This document shows, one piece after another, positions 20,635 through 32,600 of a DNA stretch of 64,000 bases. Positions within the stretch are counted from its first letter, which is position 1. Each line of letters begins with the position of its first letter. The stretch is from the NCBI GenBank assembly GCA_002633005.1, contig NMRA01000037.1, positions 1,136,160 to 1,200,159 on the forward strand. Reading direction: 5' to 3'. This stretch comes from Phoronis australis. Lineage: Eukaryota; Animalia; Phoronida. Under the pieces are notes generated by a model that was not told the DNA's origin, ran no database searches, and saw nothing but the letters and a program-made list of their open reading frames with translations. The translations under genes were made by a program, and so were the position numbers.

Positions 20635-21790
20635 CTGAAATTCGGTGGCAAAGTCATTAGAGTTGATTTACAAGTATGTTTTACAATAGGCATCTTGAAT
20701 GACCACCAGATGTCTCAACTGCGTAAACTGTCGGCTATGAACAGACTTAAGAATGATAGAGCGTCTTATTCTTGTTTGGCCGGTTTGTAGGCTATGAGTT
20801 TAGTTTGCGCAAATCTTCGTAACCATAACATTGCTGCGATTCATACAGTCCCTAGTGCATTCGTTTGTTTGGTATGACGTTTTGGCACGGTCAAATGAAA
20901 TCAAAACGGCAAAATTAAAACAATGATAGGCCAGATTTACGTATCCCTATCCCCGTAAATTAGGTTACTGAGGACTTCGAAAATTGTCACCTCGCCATAG
21001 ACCTGGTAAATCTTGTTACTTTGGAACTCCCCGGTAGCACACAGTGAGTGCAACCGTTGTCGGAGCACACTGGTTAATCTAAACTGATAATTTTTTTAAA
21101 AGTTCAAGTGCTAAATNNNNNNNNNNNNNNNNNNNNNNNNNNNNNNNNNNNNNNNNNNNNNNNNNNNNNNNNNNNNNNNNNNNNNNNNNNNNNNNNNNNN
21201 NNNNNNNNNNNNNNNNNNNNNNNNNNNNNNNNNNNNNNNNNNNNNNNNNNNNNNNNNNNNNNNNNNNNNNNNNNNNNNNNNNNNNNNNNNNNNNNNNNNN
21301 NNNNNNNNNNNNNNNNNNNNNNNNNNNNNNNNNNNNNNNNNNNNNNNNNNNNNNNNNNNNNNNNNNNNNNNNNNNNNNNNNNNNNNNNNNNNNNNNNNNN
21401 NNNNNNNNNNNNNNNNNNNNNNNNNNNNNNNNNNNNNNNNNNNNNNNNNNNNNNNNNNNNNNNNNNNNNNNNNNNNNNNNNNNNNNNNNNNNNNNNNNNN
21501 NNNNNNNNNNNNNNNNNNNNNNNNNNNNNNNNNNNNNNNNNNNNNNNNNNNNNNNNNNNNNNNNNNNNNNNNNNNNNNNNNNNNNNNNNNNNNNNNNNNN
21601 NNNNNNNNNNNNNNNNNNNNNNNNNNNNNNNNNNNNNNNNNNNNNNNNNNNNNNNNNNNNNNNNNNNNNNNNNNNNNNNNNNNNNNNNNNNNNNNNNNNN
21701 NNNNNNNNNNNNNNNNNNNNNNNNNNNNNNNNNNNNNNNNNNNNNNNNNNNNNNNNNNNNNNNNNNNNNNNNNNNNNNNNNNNNNNNNNN

Positions 21791-22153
21791 TATTTCTAAA
21801 GAATAATTATGCCTTGCACTCCACTCAGCTATTTCTAAAGAATAATTATGCCTTGCACTCCACTCAGCTATTTCTAAAGAATAATTATGCCTTGCACTCC
21901 ACTCAGCTATTTCTAAAGAATAATTATGCCTTGCACTCCACTCAGCTATTTCTAAAGAATAATTATGCCTTGCACTCCACTCAGCTATTTCTAAAGAATA
22001 ATTATGCCTTGCACTCCACTCAGCTATTTCTAAAGACTAATTATGCCTTGCACTCCACTCAGCTATTTCTAAAGACTAATTATGCCTTGCACTCCACTCA
22101 ACTATTTCTAAAGAATAATTATGCCTTGCACTCCATTCAACTAAAGAATAATT
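21791..22153 (+). repeat. Same 39-bp minisatellite, at least 9 units, second copy
   Basis: Unit CTATTTCTAAAGAATAATTATGCCTTGCACTCCACTCAG, adjacent to an N gap. Confidence 0.95.
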
Positions 22154-22441
22154 AAATCTCAGCGATTGTAAAGTATGAGTGTAAGACCAATATTCTGTCC
22201 TGAGTCTTAAGTCGCTTTTCAGGAAACAGGAGGCGCCACGTGTCTTGTGTCTGTCAGATTAGTACTGGTCGAATTCCACAGACATTGTCCAATCTTGCCT
22301 GTTTGAGTGACTACCAGTCTGAGGATGTCTGTGCAGGAGTTTCCTTTGTCCGTTATACTATAAGGTAGGCTTAAAGCAGCTACCGTTGTTAAGTACAACG
22401 GAGGTGTAGCTTTGTTCTGAACTCCCGTGTACTCTTTGTAG

Positions 22442-22663
22442 AACAAGTCTCCATTGCCTGGGGACAGCACGGCCCACTCTGGCTGCATATTCTGTGACAC
22501 CATACTGAAACCTCTGGTGGACACTAAACATGCTATGATGAGGAAGCCCCGAGGGTTCAAGAGGCCAGGAGGCAGAGGTCGTGGTCGAGGTGGTAGGTCA
22601 AGGGGCAGAGGCCGTGGAAAACCCAAGGACAAGATGTCTCAGTTGGCAGCCTATTTTGTATAG
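22442..22663 (+). CDS. TOP3B: TOP3B last coding exon, copy B (probable second haplotype)
   Basis: Same peptide as 18794-19015. Confidence 0.88.
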   Translation, partial: NKSPLPGDSTAHSGCIFCDTILKPLVDTKHAMMRKPRGFKRPGGRGRGRGGRSRGRGRGKPKDKMSQLAAYFV

Positions 22664-23496
22664 TATGGTGGAATCTCACTAATTTAGGACATATGGAGCA
22701 GAATTGAAATTTTACTTTTTTCCCATGAAAGATACATAGCAATAAAGTAATGCTTTGACAGGTTCAGGGTTTGTAACCATAGCTACCACCAGACAATATT
22801 TTGAAAAATTGTGGACATTCGGAAGAACGTTAGGAATATGAAAAATGAAAATATGGTTATTTTGGCCATTATTTTTGTCCAAAATTGGTGAGATTTTATG
22901 GTACTTAGTTTGTGATAATGGTTAAGTGGTAGTTTTGTACAGAATGAATAGTTGCTAGTGTATACAATTGTGTTAATACTTGATTAGAAGTATGTAGAAA
23001 TAAACGACTTATTGATTCGTTTTCATGCAAATGTGTTTTACTTCATTGGACTGAAGTGAAAGAACAACATTTAGTTGCAACAGCAAACCATTAGATGCTG
23101 CATGGTAATTTTTTATTAGGTTGGCTTAGTATGTCCACATTGTTCAATTAGTTTTGCCACAATCTACTGGTGATCCGTCAAGACACCTGTGGATTATTCA
23201 CAAAGCATGTAACACTCTTAAAGTGGCATTAAACCCCTTGGTCTTATCTTGTTCCTAACTCAGTTTAGGAGTGATTTCTGGGTTTGGGAAGGACTGACGG
23301 TTCGTTATTTCTTCAGAGGAAGCTTGAAAATTTTCAGGTCACTGGTGAGTGGCCTGACTCAAAATTTTTTTGACAGAAAGCACGGGATTTATGCCCCTTT
23401 AAGCACCAATTTTATATTCATTCTAAGAAGTCTGGATCTCACGGTCTTTTTGTGATTATGGATTTTGTCTGCTGATGACGTCTTGGGCATCAAAAA

Positions 23497-23648
23497 CTAA
23501 CTTTTTATCCATTCGTAGAAGCCCATGTCCCGCAAGGTCTTTTTGTAGTTTTCTATTTCGTCTGAAGACGGCGTTTTGAGTGGCGGACGACAAGGTCCAC
23601 AGTCGATGCCCAGTTCCGCCATGATGAATTTTGGGAGGACGACTGAAC
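23497..23648 (-). CDS. NPL: NPL last exon, copy B (CSVVLPKFIMAELGIDCGPCRPPL...EWIKS*)
   Basis: 152 nt, phase 1 start, TAG stop. Confidence 0.9.
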
Positions 23649-26600
23649 CTTCAATACAAAATAATGGAACATTTTATCACTCATACATTTGGAAAATGAT
23701 GGCTGGTGTATAATTGATCAAAACTAAAGCTTTTGTTTTTGAAAATTGTTGATAGGCACCCACGCAAGCATAAGCGCCCTCTCTGAAAAATGACTTATAA
23801 TTATTTGAGAGCATTCTTCAGACTTCTGATTAGTCTTCTTATTGTATGCGCCCTTTTGTCTTAACTGAGAGAGCCTTTGGGATGTGACTGGAACGGCGCA
23901 TGTGTTGAACAACGTAATCTAATCAAAGCGTTCAGAAACTACTCCTTTGGTTCCTTCACTGGATCAGTTCCTGCCACTGCATTCCAAATCGCTTGTGGGA
24001 TTCATGGTGAACATTTAGGGCATGTCGTCCATGATTTTGGAGTCACTCTTAAAAAATTATAACGAAAAACTGGAGAACTCGTGCTAATTTTCCGTTTTGT
24101 ACTTACAACCTGGGTAATTATACATTTTCAGCACAAATGACTGCGACCGGTAAGCTTCTCGCCGAGCGCCCTCTATATCACCCTCATCAAAACATTTCGT
24201 CATCCTGTGATAAACTTGAGGGATCATGTTGTAAGTGGAGCCGACAGCATTGCATATCCCAAGCGCGTATGCACCCAGCAAAACCTGTAATTCGGTGGCA
24301 AAGGCATTAAAGTTGATTTACAAGTATGTTTACAATGACCACCAGATGTCTCAAGTGCTATGAACAGACTTAAGAATGACAGAGCGTCTTATTCTTTGGC
24401 CGGTTTTTAGGCTATGAGTTTAGTTTGCTGCGATTCATACAGTCCCTAGTGCATTCGTTTGTTTGGTATGACGTTTTGGCACGGTCAAATGAAATCAAAA
24501 CGCCAAAATTAAAACAATGGTAGGCCAGATTTACGTATCCCTATCCCCGTAAATTAGGTTACAAAGGACTTCGAAAATTGTCACCTGGCCATAGACCTGG
24601 TAAATCTTGTTACTTTGGAACTCCCCGGTAGCACACAGTGAGTGCAACCGTTGTCGGAGCAAACTGGTTAATCTAAGCTGATAATTTTTTAAAAGTTCCA
24701 AGTGCTAAATTGACCCCGTGGTAAACTGAATCGCCGGTAAAAAGGACTATACTTCCATCCTATATGTAATTCCAAATCGCTCCTATTAGTGTCAGATACA
24801 TCATCACTTGACACCCGAATAGCTTGGGATGCAGTCACGTAATTTGAATTCAGTGATAAAAAAACACTGTACACACAATGTCCTCGTCAGTGCAATTGCA
24901 ACTGCGACATTTTGAAGTCCAGCAGTGCCCAGTTACGACTCCAGGAATTCAAAGGTCAGAAGTCTAATCACTGCACTCGAATTCAAATCATGCAGTTTGA
25001 TTGGTCCAGTTTCTAGTCGGAGTCGGAGACGATTGTTTGCAATTAGGAACCCGAGTTCTAGTTTTTTCAGTTCCCATATTTCTTTACTGTTAACTCACTG
25101 CACTATGCTAGTTTCGTTCCAGTCACTTACGCGCAGTCTGCTTCGAATTCGCTCATGCCGAAAATACAGACAAGTTCCTGACTGTATTGACTTTCTCATT
25201 CGGAAAGTCACGTGAGTTGACTAACGTGATAGGTGTCGCACCAATGCTGCGCATCTACCATGAACCATATAGTTCTACGCTACGACGTAACTGGAGCGCA
25301 TTATGCGCCTACCGTGAGATTACTGTATACATGATTTGCAGTCAACCAGCGGTCATCAACTTGACTAGGAAAATGAAAGAGAACTATACTTGTGATGAGA
25401 GGACCAATCTATGGCCTTGTTGGGAGGGCCGGCCATCGTCAATGGTAAGTAACTCCACCTTTTTTCTATAGCCTATCACGAGCCAAAGTGCATTGGTACT
25501 AGGCTAACTCCACACCAGTCAAGCTGGTCAGCTGCCTTGCTGGCGAATAGACGTTGCATTGTCCATTTCAGATATATAACTTCCCAGGTAATTATTTTGC
25601 TAAACCTTAGGAATGCAAGTTAAACATTTTCAAATGCTCAATTACCTGATCACATCCAAACATAATGGAATGTCCTGCAAGCATACACTGTGTCACCGTT
25701 ACAAGGTCGGTTGATGTGAATTTGAGCCCGCAGAAGTTTTGGAAGTCTGAACATGACGCCGCCTGCTCGCAGAAGTCCAGCATATCAACTAGGGAAATAG
25801 GATGTTCACACCTGAGGTTAATTGTCTCCAATGAACGCAGACTGATTTACACCCACGTACGCCAAACACGACTTTTCCTAATTACCAGAGCCCTGCAGTA
25901 GCATCTGACGTAAACCGATTGATGGCTCGGTCTTTGTACCATTGTGGTTATATAAATCATGTCCTGCACTTCTGGTTGAGACAAATACAGGGTAGATTTC
26001 ATTGACGCTAGGACCTCGCAAGAGAATACTTCGCGTGATTAAGCGAGGCAATGCCGTGTTTTTCAAATGAGAGCACGTGATCTTGGCTAGATTTTCTAGT
26101 CGCCGCCGCAAGACAGCTACTGAACTTACTACCTAGGACGTCGATGTTTACGGTAATTTTTCTAACAGTGTCAAAATGACTATTCGGTTACAACCAGGTA
26201 CAAATAACTGAAGTAACGGGCATGTGTTCAAATAACCTCTGTTGCTTTCAATTAATAAATTGACGACCGTTTAAGTATTTATTCAGAATTTACTGCGCCA
26301 AGGGTTTGCTTCACCGGTACAATTGGATATTTTCAAAATGGCTACAAATCTTCAAAGAAGTAAACTTTTGATTTGGACCGCCACCTTGCTCCTCTTTCTA
26401 GTGAAAAATGGATTTGGGGATTCGCAAAGAACTGACCGTTCGTTATTCCTTGAGAATAAGCTCAGCGCACAAAATGACATCATGGCGTTACAAGAAACTT
26501 GGTGGAGCCTGGAGTCGGTTATTAACGAGTATCGCGCCCTTCGAAGGCCTGAAATCGCCGTTAATTTAACCAAGGAACAATTTCAGACCAATTTCATAGC

Positions 26601-29600
26601 GTTAAGTAGTCTAAGTCAATTTTTTGTGATGGAAGGTGGGATTTCAGCAGCTTTAAATACACCGTAATTAGACGAACATGCGTTTATTGACCAGTGATGC
26701 TGCAATTTCGCAGCGCTCTAATTATTTTCTCCTCGTTAAGGGCTGATACAGTGTATTTGACGAAGAGCTGAGAAAATATTGCGTGTAATTAAGGGTTGAT
26801 ACTGTGTATTTATTTGACGAAGAGCTGAGAAAAAATGCACGCGTTTAAGTTACCAAACCACCCGACTTTTACGTTGAAACAACTCTTTCCCGGGGTAAAC
26901 TAACTTGTTCCAAAACAGCGTCTGTTGTGACATATATTGTCGCATGCGACACATGCCGAGTTCGACAATATGTCGTCAGCATCCACACACATTGTTGTCC
27001 GAGCGACGTATGTGCCGGATGCGACAAAATGTGCAGTGTACACTTGGACATATTGTCGCTCTCCTAAATTGGGTTGAAATTTAGTTTACTTTCCTGAGTT
27101 TTGTGGAAATAAGCGGATCCAAGGTCACGGAGAGGTCTATGGCATTTTAAGAGAACCCAAAACGAGGTTATAACAAGAAACGGGAGATGGTTGTTGATGA
27201 TAATCTGCGCCCCCATGCCAGGCTCATTTGAGGGCGGGGTGTTTGATTTTAAAAACAGGAATATTTGAGGTACTAAGGACAAGTTTTGTGACCAACTCTA
27301 ATTTTCAATAACCCCCCACTTGAATTCTCAGTCTGGCTTTCCCACCTCTTACTCACATCCACATTCGAATGCGGTCTAAGTTCACAACACGCTTACTGGT
27401 ATCAACTAATCGCTTGAATTCATCGTATTACACCAATAAATCATCAACATTTTATGTAAAACCCTTACAAATACATCGAGTTAGTGAACAAACGTGTTAT
27501 TTTTTTCGCTGTTACGGATTTTTAGGTATTTGAACGTACCGCAGCCTACAATTAAGTTCGGTAGACCAATTTACCAAGGATAGTCGCGGGACTTTGTGGT
27601 GATAAATTCAAATTATTTGTCCGTGCAATACAAACAGGAAAATATAGCTGTGTGTTGTAGTTTTAGACAATTTTTTCAGTTCTTAACACACAAAACGCTT
27701 GTTATCCCGGCCAGTGGTTCGGAATAACCCGATCTTTCAGGCCCATCGCGGCCGGACTGAAGACATCACGAACATAAACCAGCCAAAGTTGGAAATTAAA
27801 CTTCCAGTCACGAAAGACTATATTAGTAAGCCAAAGAAAAATGGGCACGTGATTATTTTGGTGAATTAGCCGCGAAACTGCAAATCTACTTACTAGTTTG
27901 TCGCCGGCGGCCTCGAAGTCAGGTTACCCTTCATGAGAACTGTCAGGGCAAAAGTTGTACAATAACAATGATTCGAATAATGTACATGAATATCTAAATA
28001 GAGATTCCCCTAACATCTGATCGTAGGATATAAAACCGAGTTATTGTTTCACAACAGAATTCTGTCAGCAAACACTGAATTAGCATGAGCTGACACGGCC
28101 TCGGTGACCGGTCAATTAGTTTATTTTATCTAAAGCCGGTAACGCAGTGATTTACTCATTGCTGGCTTCTCAAAACATTTGCAATCACGAACACTACTCC
28201 AAGGCATTACAAATTGTATCTAATGAGACAGATTTTTTTTCAGTTTTAAGCAAGCATTGGTTAGGGTGAGAATGATTCATTTTGAAACAGAACGCACAAT
28301 AACATAGTTACGTCAACGTGGCAACTCGCAATCCCGACGAGTGCTCAACCGACGAAGACTTCACTGATCGATCGTTAAGTTTCACAGGCTATCAGCTCAA
28401 ACCAGACTACACTGATCAAGAAATAATTGAGCGGCTCCGTGAATGTGCACAGACAACGAAACATATGGAATATTCCGAAAACCGTTTGAAGGACTGCGGA
28501 GCCGACTGCACGTACGATAATGGAAACGATTGACGCTTGCGTTTGCTGCCACGAAATTCTGCAAGTGGAACGCCTTCTTGGAGAAGTGCAGATGTGTCTC
28601 ACGGACCATCCTGATTTTGCACCGCATAGAAACATAGGTGTACTTACAACGTTATTTAGGGCCGAGAAAAGGAACTGGCGAAAGCATTTTACACCCAGAG
28701 GACCAAGCAGAAGCCCAACGAATGAGCCAGTCATCAAACAGGTTGTATAAAACGTTATGTTCTCACGCCTTTAATTAATTGAAATAGTTTATGGTTTCGT
28801 GGCCAACAACAATTCTCCATAATCAAAAACTGATCAACAACTGGTCTGACGGAATACAGGCCACTGAAAACAGACTCGGAAAAGTTTTACGGCCTCATAC
28901 TTGGTATTAACGGCGTACTTTTCATTCTTCACTACCGCGAGCCACTTCCGAAGCATTATAGGCTGTCGAGGAAATAAAAAAAATTATATACCCGCTTTCT
29001 TCGCAGCTTCATAGTTCGCACAAGGGGGAACGATACACCGCACCATAGCGGCACTCACCATGCAGAAGAACCACTGACGTCCCTGCGTCGTTTCTCAACT
29101 TCCTCACAGGTTAACGCGACACCTCTCGGCGAGGTAAGATCGACCGTATACGAGGTGATGTATAGACCGATTAAGACGGTAAAAAAGACTAATTAAATCG
29201 GGTGGCATTCTCCTTTAAAGGAAATAAATGTAAAACCAGATGTTAGGCCGTTTCCGATTTGTTACGTCACTTTCTTTTGTTCCAGGGATAGCAATCATGC
29301 GCTCACCCAATAGGGGGGCTCGAAGGAGCCCCCCCCTTTGGCGAAGTAGGCAAAAAGGTCCGCCTCTGAGAAACAAAAAGTCCGAGAAAATGAGACAAAA
29401 GTCCACTAAACAAGCACAAACGCGCAATTCACAGTGGTGTCCCCGTTTTTTTTAGTTTTTAGTCCGCCCACAACGTCAGGAATTCGAGCCCCCCATATTG
29501 AAGGCTGGGTGCGCGCATGGTAATTACACGCCAGGGGAACATTAACACGAATACATTATCAAGATAACCAGGATATGCATTTTTACTAAACATGACATAA

Positions 29601-32600
29601 AAACGACTACTTTCCCCTTAAACCAGTTTGTTGTAAACGCTTTCCAAGGCCAAAGAATTTCTTCCTGTCGTTGATCAGTTTTACAGTGGTAAGCTGTCCA
29701 ATTAAATAAAAACACAAAACTTTTGACCTGGAAAATCACTGTGGATGCTGGATGCAGTGAGGCTTGAAGAGACGGGTACGTCGCTAGTCTTTTGACCAGC
29801 GATTACTAAGAGACCATTATGTGCGCTAAGTTGTCACAACGCTTCACCTTGGTGCAACAACGCAAGTTGAGTGATGCAAATATTCTAGTCACAGTTATGG
29901 GATGTTTTACCACCTAAGGTAGGGAAAAAGTTTTAAGTCATGATGTTCAGTGCTTTGACAGACCTCCATTAAGATTGCTGATTTTGTGACTTAAAATATT
30001 GCCTTTTACATTTCGAAATTTTTTGAAATTTGTTCAGCATAATAGAAGTGCTCCTTCTTAAGTAGCAGCAGAAGTATCAACGTTAATGATTGTTGAAATT
30101 GCTATTTTAATGACACTAAAACAATATTGTTATTATTTTCGATGTCATTTTTGTTGCGGCACACTAGAAAATATGTTACTATCTCTCTAGTTTTTCGAGA
30201 ATTTCGAGACGATCTGCCGAACTCAAGTTATTTTCGACACTTGTCATAAAAATAAAATCCAATGCGAATTCAGCCACCACTTCTCAGTGTTGATTTTATC
30301 GAAGTATCAACGAGTGAATCTGATGTGCTTCCAGAACTATTCAGGCAAGTAAGGAGTATTATCAACCCAAAGCCGCGAGAGCAAAAGTTGACGACTTTGC
30401 TTTTTTGTTGAAGACGACACCTATTGGACACCATAAGGTTTATGTTTCTTAACAAACGCATCTTTACATAAATAACTTTCCAAAATAGTAATAGATGTGA
30501 ATCTTTAACATTTTCGAACTTACCATTACTTAACGCCCGTCAGCGTTCTACACAATACCAGTATAGTCTAGAAACTGAAACAAAATCATTACGCTTTGGT
30601 AACCTCTGTGCAGGCCCACAGTGACACAACGGCCCAAATTGACACAGCGTCTAGTTTGTGTCAATTTTCGTCAGCGTTGTCAGCGCAAATTGACACACGA
30701 AAATTAATGTGTCAGTCTGGACAAATTATGTCAGTTCGGGGCTGCACAGAGCACCGACTTTCTGACTGAATTGACTTACGATCCACGCCAGTCAAGTTCG
30801 GAATGTGATAGTAGTAGAACGGCGTATCCGGGGCCTCAGAAGCCAAGTCCTTCATCAAACCGACAAGATCTCCTGAAATAACACGTAACACACTTTATTG
30901 GCTCTCAAATTTGAAACTGATGCGATTATGCTAACCACGTGCTCGTAACGAGACTCTAAAAACTTGTTAGGAATCGGCAATAAACTGGATGCTGTTTCAA
31001 GTAGAAGATTTTAGTGATGACGCATCTTGATTTAATGAGCAATATCTTAGTACATAGTGTGTGATGTGAAAGTATTTCTTTAACATTTCCATCGAATATT
31101 TTAAAATAGTTTTATTGCAGATGCAGTGCAATAGTCGTTAAAGGACACCATCAGTAGGCCTACTGTAATTGTTTAATGTCGAATTTTCCTCGTTGGTTCT
31201 AGAAATAGTGACGTTTTAAGTTGTTTCGGGTGAGACTGAACGGTTTCTTTGATGAAATATTTCCCGAACCAAGAGATACCAGTACTTGAAAGTATGCTGT
31301 GAGTTCTGCAACTAGTGAAACTGACACTATAACCAGTCAGTCACAGCTGTCTATGTGTGTTACCAGTACCATCGAATGCGGCTAAGTTTTCATAACAGGA
31401 ATCTCAGGTTTTGAGCAATTCCACATTTGAATGGGCAAACGGTAGTTGTACCACACAAGAGGCATCCTTGCTGCGAGGTGGACCGTGAGTAAATTCGTTA
31501 CGTTAATCAAGTCTAACTGGCCACCATTTGTGTAGGAAGGACTTTACTAAATGCTTGAACAAGGAAATCAGTGTTGGCGGTCGGTTTATATCACATCAGA
31601 CTTTCTGGACACATTGAACGAAGATGTTCTAGCACTTAGTCGCCCAGCTTGATCTTTTCTTGGGGGATTTGAGGTCTATGCTACTCAGGTGACATGCCGA
31701 CTTCAGCTCCGGAGATACTCAGGAGGTAAATACAGGACATGATTCTCAGATGTGTTTTAAGGGACACTTCTCTTACGATGACGTTGCCTTTTGCGATAGG
31801 TAGTTACTCAACAACAGGACTTATTTCTACAACAGAATTCTACAGAGGGGTTTAGTATTTTGCTATGGTTTGTTGACTAAAAACCGGACTACCTTACAGG
31901 GTTGTTTTTATGCAATAAATAAACAGTTTACAGAGTTTAAAACCCTTAATAAAGGGTTACGGCACGGGACAAACCTTTACGCCTAGTGTGATCTTTTCAT
32001 AGGAGCTCCCTACAACTCGGCATCTTTTTAACCCGGTCAATGACCTAAATGAGAAGCTCATTGATCCGGTTATCTCTATAAAAGAATATGGTTTATCTTG
32101 CCTACTCTCTACATGGCTGGGTACCTTGGTTAATCGTCGTACAGTCACATTCCAGCAAAGAGCACATGGTTTAGCACCCGCGACCAGACAAGGAGCACGT
32201 TACGATTGACGATCGCGGATGTTATTTATATCTTACCCACGGAGGTTGGTTTCATGAATACTGGCGGCATGGACGATATGGCGTCTGCTCCAATGTCTTG
32301 TGCATGTCGCGCCTTTAAAAGAAAATGACAAGCAACTTCATCAGCAAATTCATTTGTTATACGACTCAAAGGAAATACTTAAAACTGTATTTCCACGGTA
32401 TAAAGCAGCCAAAAACAAAGAAAAACAAACTTAGGCAATAAGTTTAGCTCATAAAACTGGCCTCATAAGGTTTCTTACCATGATAGGGCTTGATTTACGT
32501 TCACAACCAGAAAACAAAACCACCAGTAATTCAAGAAAACGCTTTTGAGGTTGCGAGTACGAATAAGGTTCACGTAGGCATTGCCTGCGACCTGGGTTGC

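Larger units (their letters stand above)
18335..24710. other. Tandem near-duplicate (18335-21116 versus 21791-24710) separated by an N gap
   Basis: Both copies start in the 39-bp minisatellite and end at CAAGTGCTAAAT; each holds the TOP3B last exon and the last two NPL exons. Confidence 0.9.

Noticed and set aside
21814-22155. ORF of repeated [13 protein letters not shown], superficially like a repeat protein or CRISPR array
   Set aside because: It is a head-to-tail 39-bp minisatellite with no spacers, inside a TOP3B intron.
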